From: an uncultured Alphaproteobacteria bacterium
GTDB lineage: Bacteria; Pseudomonadota; Alphaproteobacteria; HIMB59; GCA-002718135
Direction: 5' to 3'
DNA: 64,000 bases
Assembly: GCA_902541215.1 (NCBI GenBank)
Contig: CACBPV010000002.1
Location: 5,775-69,774 of the forward strand
Position numbers and translations under genes: made by a program. Below the pieces are notes generated by a model, which was not told the origin of the DNA, searched no databases, and saw only the letters and a program-made list of their open reading frames with translations. Positions 34,486 through 45,221 of the stretch are shown here, piece by piece; the stretch's first letter is position 1, and each line of letters opens with the position of its first letter.

Positions 34486-35370
34486 CTAATTATTCCCATT
34501 TTGCATTGCTAATTTCATAGTTTTTCCCAATGATGCCGGGGATTTTGACACCAAAACTCCTGCATTTTCTAAAGATTTAATTTTGGAATGAGCTGTACCT
34601 TTTGAGCCTGAAACGATAGCGCCTGCATGACCCATACGTTTTCCTTTAGGGGCAGATTGTCCAGCTATAAATGCTGAAACTGGTTTTTTTCTTTTTGAAT
34701 TTGAAATAAATTCTGCCGCATTTTCTTCCTCCTCGCCACCAATTTCACCTATCATTAATATTCCCTCAGTCTCATCGTCTTCTAAAAATAACTTTATACA
34801 ATCTACAAAATCCATACCATGTATTGGGTCTCCACCAATACCAACACATGTTGATTGACCTAATCCTACCTCTGTTGTTTGTGCAACAGCTTCATAAGTT
34901 AATGTTCCTGATCTACTTACTATACCTATTTTACCTTTTTTATGGATGAAACCAGGCATGATACCAATCTTGCATTCGGAAGGTGTTATTAAACCTGGGC
35001 AGTTTGGACCAATCAAATATGTTTTATTGTTAATAATTCTTTTTTTTATATCAATCATATCTAAGACCGGAATACCTTCTGTAATGCATACAATTAATTC
35101 AATGTTTGCATCTAAAGCTTCGTGGATTGCTTTAGCAGCAAACTTAGCAGGCACATAAATGACTGTTGCGTTTGCTTCAGTTTGTTTAACTGCATCAGCA
35201 ACGGTATTAAACACCGGTAAATTTAAATGGGTCTGCCCTCCTTTACCAGGCGTTACACCACCTACAAGGTTTGTACCATATGCTATAGCTTGTTCAGAAT
35301 GATATGTTCCTTGTGAACCGGTAAAGCCTTGGCAAATAAGTCTTGTATTTTTATTAACTAAAATTGACAC
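34486..35370 (-). CDS. sucD: Succinyl-CoA synthetase alpha subunit
   Basis: 294 aa with GFTGSQGT and the phosphohistidine block MGHAGAI. Confidence 0.97.
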   Translation of the reverse strand: MSILVNKNTRLICQGFTGSQGTYHSEQAIAYGTNLVGGVTPGKGGQTHLNLPVFNTVADAVKQTEANATVIYVPAKFAAKAIHEALDANIELIVCITEGIPVLDMIDIKKRIINNKTYLIGPNCPGLITPSECKIGIMPGFIHKKGKIGIVSRSGTLTYEAVAQTTEVGLGQSTCVGIGGDPIHGMDFVDCIKLFLEDDETEGILMIGEIGGEEEENAAEFISNSKRKKPVSAFIAGQSAPKGKRMGHAGAIVSGSKGTAHSKIKSLENAGVLVSKSPASLGKTMKLAMQNGNN

Positions 35371-36554
35371 TATTCTGATAACTCCACAGCTTTCTGAGCT
35401 GCATTTGAAAAATCATCAATTGAAATTAATCCTAATGATGAATTATTTATCATGTCTCTTCCCTCTTTAGAATTTGTTCCTTGAAAACGTACAACAACAG
35501 GAAGTTTAAAATCTAATTCTTTAATTGCATCAATGATGCCACTAGCAATCATATCACAATGGATGATTCCTCCAAAAATATTTATGAAGACAGATTTCAC
35601 ATTTTTATCTGATTGAATAATCTTGAAAGCTTTAATGGCTCTTTCTTTATTTGCTGTACCACCTAAATCTAAAAAATTGGCTGGCTCCATTCCAAATTGT
35701 TTAATAATATCCATAGTTGCCATAGCTAGCCCAGCTCCGTTAACCATACAGCCTATTTTTCCATCTAGTTTAATGTAAACCATATCGTTTTCAGAAGCTT
35801 CAAGTTCTAAATCATTTTCTTCTGAAGTATCTTTTAATTTTTCAATGTCAGCCTGTCTATAAAGAGCATTATCATCAATATTAATTTTAGCATCTAAAAT
35901 AATTAGTTTTTCATCTTTTGTCACAACAAGAGGATTAATTTCAATTAAAGAAGCATCTATTTCGACATAGGCCTTACATAAATTTGAAACAATTTCTTTA
36001 AATTGGTTAAACTCATTAATAGAAAAATTTAATTTATTTTGAAGACTATCACTAATTGTAAAATCTTCTAAGTTATCAAAATAAACATATTGAATTCTTT
36101 CTGGTGTTTTCTCAGCTACATCTTCTATGTCTACACCACCAGCATCAGATACCATCATCATTAATTTTGATTGATTCCTATCAAGAAGAATACTTAAATA
36201 ATATTCCCTATCAATTTCACATCCAGCTTCTAAATAAATTCTATTTACTAACTTGCCCTCATTGCCTGTTTGTTTTGTAATCAATATATTACCCATCATT
36301 CCTTTTGCAATTTTTTGTGCATCGTCAATTGATTCTGTTATTTGTACTCCACCTTTTGTATTAAATGGTTTTAAAAATTTCCCTTCTCCTCTTCCTCCAG
36401 CATGTATCTGTGATTTGATAACCCAAGGTGGTCCTTTTATATTTTGTAAATCTTTTTCTAAATCATCAACATTTTCAATATAACTTTTGCCTTCAAGTAT
36501 AGGTAGATTGTACTTTCTTAGTAGATCTTTAGCTTGGTATTCATGCAAATTCAT
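35370..36554 (-). CDS. sucC: Succinyl-CoA synthetase beta subunit
   Basis: 394 aa with an [13 protein letters not shown]-terminus and an ATP-grasp fold. It overlaps sucD by 1 nt. Confidence 0.97.
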   Translation of the reverse strand: MNLHEYQAKDLLRKYNLPILEGKSYIENVDDLEKDLQNIKGPPWVIKSQIHAGGRGEGKFLKPFNTKGGVQITESIDDAQKIAKGMMGNILITKQTGNEGKLVNRIYLEAGCEIDREYYLSILLDRNQSKLMMMVSDAGGVDIEDVAEKTPERIQYVYFDNLEDFTISDSLQNKLNFSINEFNQFKEIVSNLCKAYVEIDASLIEINPLVVTKDEKLIILDAKINIDDNALYRQADIEKLKDTSEENDLELEASENDMVYIKLDGKIGCMVNGAGLAMATMDIIKQFGMEPANFLDLGGTANKERAIKAFKIIQSDKNVKSVFINIFGGIIHCDMIASGIIDAIKELDFKLPVVVRFQGTNSKEGRDMINNSSLGLISIDDFSNAAQKAVELSE

Positions 36555-36595
36555 TTTGATAAAAAGGTAATAGTTAGATTAGATGAAAAATACAA

Positions 36596-37558
<963 letters not shown>

Positions 37559-37576
37559 TTAAGTTTTATACTTTAA

Positions 37577-38365
37577 TTACAATTCTGTAACAATAGCCTT
37601 TTTAAGTCCAGCAATTTCTTTGGCTGGATTTAGACCTTTAGGACAAGACCTAGTACAATTCATTATTGAATGACATCTATAAAGTTTTAATGAATCATTT
37701 ATTGCTTTTAATCTCTCTTTTCTTTCTGAGTCTCTAGAGTCACTTACCCATCTTGCTGCTTGTAAAAGGACTGCAGGTCCTAGATATTCATCTCCATTCC
37801 ACCAATAACTTGGACAAGAAGTAGTGCAGCAAAAACATAATACACACTCCCATTTACCATCTAGTTTTTCTCTATCTTTTGGTGATTGTTTTTTTTCGTC
37901 TCCTGAGTTTTTTTCTTCATTTGTTTTTTTACGCTGCAACCAAGGTTTAATAGAAGCCAGTTGCTCATAAGCCTTACTAAGATCTGGAACTAAATCTTTT
38001 ACTACACGCATATGTGGAAGAGGGTAAATTTTTATTTCATTCTTTACATCAGACATACTTTTCAAACATGCTAATGTGTTAACACCATCAATATTCATAG
38101 CACAGGAACCACAAACTCCTTCTCTACAAGATCTTCTAAATGTTAAAGTTGGATCAATTTCGTTTTTTATTTTCATAAGTGCGTCTAATACCATTGGGCC
38201 ACACTTTTCTTGATCTATCTCATAATTATCTATCCTAGGATTTTTATCATCTTCGGGATCCCATCTGTATATTGCAAGTTTCTTTGGATCGTTTGCAGGT
38301 TCTTTGAGTTGGTGAGTTTTCCCTTTAGTTATTTTTGAATTTGCAGGAAGTGTAAACTGAGCCAT
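37577..38365 (-). CDS. sdhB: Succinate dehydrogenase iron-sulfur subunit
   Basis: 262 aa with Fe-S cysteine clusters [25 protein letters not shown] and [14 protein letters not shown]. Confidence 0.97.
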   Translation of the reverse strand: MAQFTLPANSKITKGKTHQLKEPANDPKKLAIYRWDPEDDKNPRIDNYEIDQEKCGPMVLDALMKIKNEIDPTLTFRRSCREGVCGSCAMNIDGVNTLACLKSMSDVKNEIKIYPLPHMRVVKDLVPDLSKAYEQLASIKPWLQRKKTNEEKNSGDEKKQSPKDREKLDGKWECVLCFCCTTSCPSYWWNGDEYLGPAVLLQAARWVSDSRDSERKERLKAINDSLKLYRCHSIMNCTRSCPKGLNPAKEIAGLKKAIVTEL

Positions 38366-40158
38366 TAGTAAACTCTTCTTTTAGGTGGTATTGGTTGAAC
38401 ATGATTAGTTAGAGTATTCATATGAACACCTCTGGAACCCATACTCACATCTCCCTTATCGTTTAACCAGGCTAAAGAGTGAACTAACCAATTATTATCA
38501 TCTCTTTCTTTATAATCTTCTCTTGCATGTGCGCCTCTACTTTCAGTTCGATTTAACGCAGAATGAAGAGTAACTTTTGATTGTGCCATTAAATTGTGTA
38601 ACTCTAAAGCTTCTACCAAGTCCGTATTAAAGATTAATGATTTGTCTTTAATATCTATGTCATCCATTGAGCTCTCAACTTTTGAATATTCTTCAATACC
38701 TTTTGATATGAGTTCATGTGTTCTAAATACTGCGCATTTTTGCTGCATTATATGTTGCATGGAAGTTCGAAGTTCTCCAGTTGTAGAGTTTCCTTTGCTG
38801 TTTCTGATCTTATCAAATCGCTCAATAATATTATCTGTTTTTGATTTACTAATTTCAATTTTTTTAGAATTTGGTTTTACTTTTTCTTTACATGTTAGAC
38901 TAGCTGCTTTGCCAAAAACAACAAGATCGATCAATGAATTTGTTCCTAATCTATTAGCACCGTGTACAGAAACACATGAAGCTTCACCAACAGCCATTAA
39001 ACCTTCACATACATTATCTGGATTTTCATTTGTTGGCCTTAGAACTTCTGTTCTATAATTTGTGGGTATACCACCCATATTATAATGAACCGTTGGGAGA
39101 ACTGGTATTGGATCTTTAGTAAGATCAACTCCAGCAAATATTTTTGCAGTTTCTGAAATACCAGGCAATCTTTTATGTAATGTATCAGCATTAATGTGCT
39201 CAAGATGAAGGAGCACATGATCAGCATTTTCTCCACAACCTCTATTTTCACTAATTTCAATTGTCATTGCACGGCTTACTACATCCCTTGATGCTAGATC
39301 TTTTGCATTTGGAGCATATCTTTCCATAAATCTTTCACCATCACTATTAGTTAAATATCCACCTTCTCCTCTTGCTCCCTCAGTAATTAACACTCCTGCA
39401 CCGTAAACTCCTGTTGGATGGAACTGAATAAATTCCATATCAGAAAGAGGTAGGTTTTGTCTTAAAGCCATTGCACTACCGTCACCAGTACAAATGTGAG
39501 CACTCGTGGATGAGAAGTAAGCTCTTCCATATCCACCAGTAGCTAGAATTGTTTGATGAGATAAAAATCGATGGACTGATCCATCCTCTAAGCACCATGC
39601 TACCACACCAATGCAATTACCTTGATCATCAGAAATTAAATCTAAAACAAAATATTCAATATAAAATTCTACATTATTTTTAAGTGATTGCTGATAAAGT
39701 GTATGGAGTAAAGCATGTCCCGTTCTATCAGCTGCTGCACAAGCTCTCATCGCAGGAGCTCCTTCACCATTATTAGTTAAGTGTCCACCAAAAGGTCTTT
39801 GATAGATCTTGCCATCATCTGTTCTACTAAAAGGCATGCCATATTCTTCAAGTTCAATTACTGCTTCAGGGGCTTTAGAACATAAGTACTCAATTGCATC
39901 TTGATCACCAAGCCAGTCGGAACCTTTAACTGTATCATACATGTGCCACTTCCAATTATCTTCACCCATATTTCCTAAAGCTGCTCCAATTCCACCTTGT
40001 GCTGCAACAGTATGACTTCTTGTCGGAAACACTTTTGATATACAGGCTGTTTTTAATCCAGCTTCAGCACATCCAAGCGTAGCTCTTAGTCCTGATCCTC
40101 CAGCTCCAACAACTACAACGTCATAATGGTGATCAATAATTTTGTATGAATTAGTCAT
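38365..40158 (-). CDS. sdhA: Succinate dehydrogenase flavoprotein subunit
   Basis: 597 aa with [12 protein letters not shown] and the covalent-FAD histidine block [10 protein letters not shown]. Confidence 0.98.
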   Translation of the reverse strand: MTNSYKIIDHHYDVVVVGAGGSGLRATLGCAEAGLKTACISKVFPTRSHTVAAQGGIGAALGNMGEDNWKWHMYDTVKGSDWLGDQDAIEYLCSKAPEAVIELEEYGMPFSRTDDGKIYQRPFGGHLTNNGEGAPAMRACAAADRTGHALLHTLYQQSLKNNVEFYIEYFVLDLISDDQGNCIGVVAWCLEDGSVHRFLSHQTILATGGYGRAYFSSTSAHICTGDGSAMALRQNLPLSDMEFIQFHPTGVYGAGVLITEGARGEGGYLTNSDGERFMERYAPNAKDLASRDVVSRAMTIEISENRGCGENADHVLLHLEHINADTLHKRLPGISETAKIFAGVDLTKDPIPVLPTVHYNMGGIPTNYRTEVLRPTNENPDNVCEGLMAVGEASCVSVHGANRLGTNSLIDLVVFGKAASLTCKEKVKPNSKKIEISKSKTDNIIERFDKIRNSKGNSTTGELRTSMQHIMQQKCAVFRTHELISKGIEEYSKVESSMDDIDIKDKSLIFNTDLVEALELHNLMAQSKVTLHSALNRTESRGAHAREDYKERDDNNWLVHSLAWLNDKGDVSMGSRGVHMNTLTNHVQPIPPKRRVY

Positions 40159-40488
40159 CTAAAAAACCATTCTCACTAAGTTAACAGTAATTAAAATCAT
40201 GATAAAATATATAAGATAATTTATTGATACTTTAATGAATTTGGCTGTCTTTTTCGATGTGACATAATCTTCAATAATTGTTTGCAGTCCTAATTTTGAA
40301 TGCAGAAGCATAGATTGCATCATCACAAAAAATAAGAATGCATTAAAATAGGATTTAAAAAAAATTTCTATTTCAGAATAAGTCATCTTTGATAATGATA
40401 ATGCAGAATATATAAACCAAAACGTCAATGGTATTAAAATTGAAGCAGTAATTCTTTGGGTTAACCATTTAAAAGCATAATTTTTCAT
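40159..40488 (-). CDS. sdhD: Succinate dehydrogenase membrane anchor subunit
   Basis: 109 aa, three hydrophobic helices, located between sdhC and sdhA. Confidence 0.85.
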   Translation of the reverse strand: MKNYAFKWLTQRITASILIPLTFWFIYSALSLSKMTYSEIEIFFKSYFNAFLFFVMMQSMLLHSKLGLQTIIEDYVTSKKTAKFIKVSINYLIYFIMILITVNLVRMVF

Positions 40489-40865
40489 GCGAAGTACCAG
40501 ACAACTAAACTAGAAATTAAAGTTAAACATATAACAGCATAACTAGATTTATATACTTGAGATAATTCCATTCCAATACCGAATGACCAATATAATTTTC
40601 TACATCCATTAAATAAATGGTAAAAAATACCGACAGTCCAAATCATTAGAACTAGTTTAAACAAAATACTCTTAGAAAGAGTTTCAAAATAAATATAAAA
40701 TTCAGGACCAAAACTAATTAAAAAAAACCAAATTGAAATTAATAGTGCACCCACACTTAATCCTATTCCAGATATCCTATGAAAAATCGAAAATACTGCT
40801 GTAAGTACTCTTTTGTGAATAGATAGGTGAGGTGATAATGGTCTATTATCAGTCATTTTTTTCAT
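40485..40865 (-). CDS. sdhC: Succinate dehydrogenase cytochrome b556 subunit
   Basis: 126 aa with the RPLSPHLSIHK N-terminal block typical of SdhC. An alternative start at M4 (40856) is possible. It overlaps sdhD by 4 nt. Confidence 0.88.
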   Translation of the reverse strand: MKKMTDNRPLSPHLSIHKRVLTAVFSIFHRISGIGLSVGALLISIWFFLISFGPEFYIYFETLSKSILFKLVLMIWTVGIFYHLFNGCRKLYWSFGIGMELSQVYKSSYAVICLTLISSLVVWYFA

Positions 40866-41057
40866 TTTTTTTATATTTCATAAGTAAGTATTTTTCTTCA
40901 AATTTCAAAATATTAATGGTTTAGTTATTTTTTCTTACTATCACGGAAGTTTGTAAAATGTTGATAAAAAGTGCTAAATTTTATGAAAATCATCCAAATT
41001 TAATGGCAAATTTAACTAAAAATCTTGAATTTTAAATAGATAGATATTACTCTTAAT

Positions 41058-41197
41058 AAGCCGGATAATACTCGTTTCTTAGCTTCGGAGGAACGCCAAG
41101 AATTTTTAATTATCTTACCCGCCGTTTGATAATTAGTTGAGTTTCTTATTCTAGAGAGGTGTCTGCCAAGGTACAAACTAGTTTTAGAGTCCGGCCT
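41058..41197. ncRNA. Candidate structured RNA of unknown class (GC-rich island in the sdhC-upstream spacer)
   Basis: My hand count gives 57 G/C in the 140 nt at 41061-41200 (~41%), against visibly under 20% in the adjoining 190 nt. Every frame contains stop codons. GCCGGA (41060-41065) pairs with UCCGGC (41190-41195). A central 9-bp hairpin forms between 41106-41114 and 41128-41136, with a C-rich 13-nt loop UUACCCGCCGUUU. A further 9-bp helix (41148-41156 with 41182-41190) has three G-U pairs that are only valid on the + strand. The strand and class remain unresolved. Confidence 0.4.
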
Positions 41198-42185
41198 ACT
41201 TTAAATTTTTATTAAAAAATTCTTCCAACTTTTTAGAATATACTTTCGGATATTTGAACATAGCATCTACATGATAAGAGTTTTCAACTAGCCAAAACTC
41301 AGCGTTAATTTTATTTTGACTTGTATAATCTTTAAAAAAATTAAAGTGTCTTGTTAAGATTCTTGTATCAGAGTCGCCATGAGTAAAAAAATAATATTGG
41401 TTCTTTGATAATTTTTTAGCTGGAGATAATTCTCTTGGATCAGTTCCAGTTAAGATTCTTCCAGCTAAACTTACTACTGGCCCAAATTCTATAGTAAGAC
41501 CATATCTTGCTATTTCATCTTTTAAGATCATATTAAATTCAGCAAGTGAACTATCTGCCCACACTGCACGTATTTCCGGTTCTGCATATGCTGCAAAAAT
41601 AGAGGTGCTTGCACCAAGAGATATTCCATGTAATCCAATGCTATTAGACTTGAAACCAATTTTTTTTAAAAAATCAAATGCTCCAAGAATATCATTATAT
41701 GACTTTAAGCCTAAATCATCATAACTGCTTACAGTATCACTTTGGCCGTAGTTTCTTAAATCTATCGTAAGAACATTAAATTTTTTATTAACTAAAAAAC
41801 TTGCAATAAGATTGGCTTCAGACTTACATTTACCATTTGGGCTTATACCGTGTGTTACAATTATAATTGGTCTATTTGGAAAATAATTAAACAGCCATCC
41901 ATTAATCTTAATGTCTAGGTCACGAGATTGAAAGTATACATCTTGCCATTCATCTAAATAATAATCCTTAAAGTTAAAATTTTCTCTTACTTTTTTTCGT
42001 GCAAGAATTGAGTATTCATGTGAATCAACTGTTGTACTCCATGAATTAGGAAGGGATCCTTCGTGTAAACCACAAGTTGGATCTATTTTTAAAATTTGGT
42101 AAGCAACATAAAAACCTGCAGTAAAATAAACTGCTATTAATAAAACTACTGTGCTTACTGAAAATCTAATTATGTATTTCATCAA
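41196..42185 (-). CDS. Membrane-anchored alpha/beta-fold hydrolase, substrate unknown
   Basis: 329 aa with an N-terminal TM helix, the nucleophile elbow HGISLGAS, and a later THGDSD and HVDAM (candidate Asp/His). Confidence 0.75.
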   Translation of the reverse strand: MMKYIIRFSVSTVVLLIAVYFTAGFYVAYQILKIDPTCGLHEGSLPNSWSTTVDSHEYSILARKKVRENFNFKDYYLDEWQDVYFQSRDLDIKINGWLFNYFPNRPIIIVTHGISPNGKCKSEANLIASFLVNKKFNVLTIDLRNYGQSDTVSSYDDLGLKSYNDILGAFDFLKKIGFKSNSIGLHGISLGASTSIFAAYAEPEIRAVWADSSLAEFNMILKDEIARYGLTIEFGPVVSLAGRILTGTDPRELSPAKKLSKNQYYFFTHGDSDTRILTRHFNFFKDYTSQNKINAEFWLVENSYHVDAMFKYPKVYSKKLEEFFNKNLK

Positions 42186-43216
42186 TCTGGTTTTACTATA
42201 GTCATTTCATATAATCTGCTAGCAGTTCTTTTAAATTCCTCTGCTAGAGTATTTATATTATTTAATGAATTTATAGGTTTTGTCGCTAAAATTACTATTG
42301 AACAATTATTTTCATATAACATATCAATTAATCCAATAAATCTTCTGCACGAATCTTTTTTCTGATTATCAAATTCAGGAACATTTTTTAAAAATACCAA
42401 CTTAAATTTATCTGCAATATTCTTATAATCTTCATTACCAAAATTTACTTCACAAAGATTTTCAAAATCTATCATCATTAGATTTGATGTACATTTATCA
42501 AACTCTAGTTCACGACTTTTAGATTTTATTTTTACAGTTGTTAGATGGGAGGGATCAACAAAGCGATTAAATAATTTTTCAAATTCATTTGACGTTTCAG
42601 TTGTTATAGGTGTGAAATATGTCTTTGATTGATTTAACGTTTGTCGGCGAAAATCTGTTTTAATACTAATATCATAGAGAAAAAAATTTTTTTTAATTAA
42701 ATCAATAAATGGTAGAAAATCATTTCTCTGTAAACCATCTTTATATAAATTATCTGGATTAAAATTTGACGACAATAATATAAATATTTTATATTTAGAA
42801 AAATAAATAAATATTTTTTTTATTATTAATGCGTCAACAATATTAAAAATATGTAATTCATCAATAAATATTATTTTGTAATCTCTACTTAAATTCTTTA
42901 CATAGTTTTCAATAGCAAGTTCTTTATTTTCTGATTTTTTAACTTGTTCATGGATTTCATTCATCAAGTTATTAAAATGAATTTTTTTTCCAATCTTGGT
43001 ATTTTGATAAAATAAATTTAATAAAAATGTTTTTCCTGTGCCAACTTGACCATAAAGATAAATTCCTTCAAAAATTTTATCCTTAAAAAATAACTTTGTT
43101 TTACTAAAAGATGACCATACATTATCTGCTTGTTTTAAGAATTCAATTTGATCTTTATTTTTTTTAATAAAATTATTTTCAACAAAACTATTGTATTGAT
43201 CAATAACATTAAACAT
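42182..43216 (-). CDS. zapE: AFG1-like ATPase (ZapE family)
   Basis: 344 aa with Walker A GQVGTGKTFL and Walker B IFIDELH. It shows a 4-nt ATGA overlap with the hydrolase gene. Confidence 0.85.
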   Translation of the reverse strand: MFNVIDQYNSFVENNFIKKNKDQIEFLKQADNVWSSFSKTKLFFKDKIFEGIYLYGQVGTGKTFLLNLFYQNTKIGKKIHFNNLMNEIHEQVKKSENKELAIENYVKNLSRDYKIIFIDELHIFNIVDALIIKKIFIYFSKYKIFILLSSNFNPDNLYKDGLQRNDFLPFIDLIKKNFFLYDISIKTDFRRQTLNQSKTYFTPITTETSNEFEKLFNRFVDPSHLTTVKIKSKSRELEFDKCTSNLMMIDFENLCEVNFGNEDYKNIADKFKLVFLKNVPEFDNQKKDSCRRFIGLIDMLYENNCSIVILATKPINSLNNINTLAEEFKRTASRLYEMTIVKPD

Positions 43217-43341
43217 TATTTTTTACCTAAATACTGTTCAAGTTGTTTTAAAGTTTCTAGTTCACCACTGCTGATGCTTTTATCTTCTTTTTTCTTTATT
43301 AATCGTTTATATTCCTTTATTAGAAAATTAAGACTCTCCAT
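43216..43341 (-). CDS. Candidate 41-aa small protein (charged, helical), not in the ORF track
   Basis: My translation is MESLNFLIKEYKRLIKKKEDKSISSGELETLKQLEQYLGKK. The ORF fills the gap between the MFS stop (43353) and the zapE start. Its TAA overlaps the zapE ATG (TAATG). No homology could be checked. Confidence 0.4.
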   Translation of the reverse strand: MESLNFLIKEYKRLIKKKEDKSISSGELETLKQLEQYLGKK

Positions 43342-43352
43342 TATTTGTTTAT

Positions 43353-44543
43353 TCATGTTTTATAAATTATAGGTAAAATTGATGATATAACAATCATTAT
43401 GGAGCTAATTAAAAATATAACTGATATTCCATAACCCCAATCAATAATATAACCAAAAACAACAGGCGATAAGGCGCTCGCAAAAACTCCAACTGCATGC
43501 AGTAAAGCTTTGGCAGTTCCAATACTTTTCACTCCATATATTTCTGCCCAGAGTGATCCCATAAAAGGTGCTGATAAACCTAAATTAAATCCAAATAAAG
43601 ACATGTAAAGTACGAATGACCAATAATTATTAAAGAAAAAAAGAATGGTGATACAAACTAACAAAGGTAATAGTACAAAAGGTATTGCTTTCTTTGTATT
43701 TATCTTATCTATTAAGGGCCCTCCTATTAATAATCCTAAAATAGAAAATAATCCAAAATATATATAACCGTTCCCTAGCATTTCCATTGTCCACCCTTTA
43801 ACATCAAAAATATAAATCTGATGAAACATTAACCCTGTACCAATGAATGGAAAGGATGCAGCCAATGGAAAATAGATAAAAAAAACTCGGTCTTTTAAAA
43901 TTTCTGTAATGGTCCAGCTTTTATATGTTTTCTCATTATATATATTTTTTTTAAGGGCAGCATCTCTACTTTTTTGATTATGAAGAATAAAATATATTAT
44001 TGGAATTAAGATCAAAAGAGTCAAAGTTGTTAAAAACCAAAGAGTTTTAAAATTATAGTATGAGTCCAGATTAACGACAATCTTTGGTAAAAACATTATG
44101 CCTAACATTCCTCCAAGTGTTGCAACTGATATTGCTTTACCTCTATCAATTAAAAAATATCTTGCCATTGAAGTTGAACCGGCATGTGTCATAGCCCCCT
44201 GCCCAAAAAAACGTAATAAAAATAAAATAAGAAAAAGATGAAAAATATTATCGAAAATAAAATAAAAACCAATGCAAGCAAAAGCTAGACCAAAAATAAT
44301 ACCTACGGAATATAATCTTAAATCAATTTTATCTATTAATCTTGCAAAGTTTATAAATAAAAATGAACTTACAAGTGTTGCTATGGCATAAACTAATCCA
44401 AACTCACCATCTGTTATTTTATATAGATTTCGAATATCATCATTAAATAATGCAATATAAAAAGTCTGTCCAAAACTTGCAAAGAATACCATAGCAAATC
44501 CGTATACTAAGAGATTAGGATCATTTAAAAAAAATTTTTTCAT
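43353..44543 (-). CDS. MFS transporter, substrate unknown
   Basis: 396 aa with about 12 hydrophobic segments and an MFS-like loop pattern. Confidence 0.8.
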   Translation of the reverse strand: MKKFFLNDPNLLVYGFAMVFFASFGQTFYIALFNDDIRNLYKITDGEFGLVYAIATLVSSFLFINFARLIDKIDLRLYSVGIIFGLAFACIGFYFIFDNIFHLFLILFLLRFFGQGAMTHAGSTSMARYFLIDRGKAISVATLGGMLGIMFLPKIVVNLDSYYNFKTLWFLTTLTLLILIPIIYFILHNQKSRDAALKKNIYNEKTYKSWTITEILKDRVFFIYFPLAASFPFIGTGLMFHQIYIFDVKGWTMEMLGNGYIYFGLFSILGLLIGGPLIDKINTKKAIPFVLLPLLVCITILFFFNNYWSFVLYMSLFGFNLGLSAPFMGSLWAEIYGVKSIGTAKALLHAVGVFASALSPVVFGYIIDWGYGISVIFLISSIMIVISSILPIIYKT

Positions 44544-44549
44544 TATGGT

Positions 44550-45221
44550 TTAAAGCAATTCTTTAATACTATTTAAAAGTTTTACCATTTTACTTTTATC
44601 TATTCTTCCTGTGTTAACATTTCGTGGGCTTGGATGATAACTACCAACTAAAATTTTTTTATCAGGTAAAATATTCATAGATCCATGAGAAAAAATAAAA
44701 TCTTTATTTCGTATTTCATATTTTTGCTTATAATAATTTACACAGGCGTCATGACCAATTTTACCAAGGGCAACAATGACTTTTATTTTTTTTAAGAAAG
44801 CAATTTCTTGATTGAAAAAATTAAAACATGTTTTCAATTCTTTTGAAGTAGGTTTATCTTCTGGGGGTACACATTTAAGAGCAGTAGTTAAGTACATATT
44901 TTGAAGTTCCAAACCGTCACCCATATCTACTGAATCTGGTTGGTTTGCAAATCCAGTTTTATATAGGCAGGAAAATAAAAAATCTGCAGATTTGTCCCCT
45001 GTAAAAACTCGACCTGTTCTATTTCCTCCATGCGCTGCTGGTGCAAGACCTACCATTAATAATTTAGCTTTTTCATCTCCATAGCCAGTAATGGGCTTGC
45101 CCCAATAACTTTGATTAATATATTGTTTTCTTTTTTCCTTAGCAATTTTTTCACGGAAGTTAACTAAGCGTTCACACTTTCTGCAATGAATGATAGATTT
45201 GTTTAAATTACTTAATGTCAT
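44550..45221 (-). CDS. Uracil-DNA glycosylase, family 4/5 type (Fe-S)
   Basis: 223 aa with an N-terminal CRKCERL, motif A-like GLAPAAHGGNRTGRVFTGD and motif B GSYHPSPRN. Confidence 0.85.
   Translation of the reverse strand: MTLSNLNKSIIHCRKCERLVNFREKIAKEKRKQYINQSYWGKPITGYGDEKAKLLMVGLAPAAHGGNRTGRVFTGDKSADFLFSCLYKTGFANQPDSVDMGDGLELQNMYLTTALKCVPPEDKPTSKELKTCFNFFNQEIAFLKKIKVIVALGKIGHDACVNYYKQKYEIRNKDFIFSHGSMNILPDKKILVGSYHPSPRNVNTGRIDKSKMVKLLNSIKELL

Noticed and set aside
40849-41035. A 10-codon uORF (40881-40849, minus strand, MKYKKNEKND) overlapping the sdhC start, and a 25-codon plus-strand ORF (40958-41035)
   Set aside because: Both are short, A/T-rich and lack any supporting signal. They are most likely chance ORFs in a poly-A/T spacer.
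41058-41197. Identifying the GC-rich island as SRP RNA, tmRNA, 6S RNA or RNase P RNA
   Set aside because: A local CUU-AGC-UUC-GGAG-GAA-CGCC-AAG segment superficially mimics SRP helix 8, but it lacks the invariant AGCA/GGAA core and the flanking helix does not continue. There is no T-arm GGUUCGA and no plausible tag ORF ending in AA for tmRNA. The AGAGUCCGGCC piece resembles the RNase P CR-I only partially, and the rest would lie inside a well-supported CDS. 6S could not be assessed without a model.
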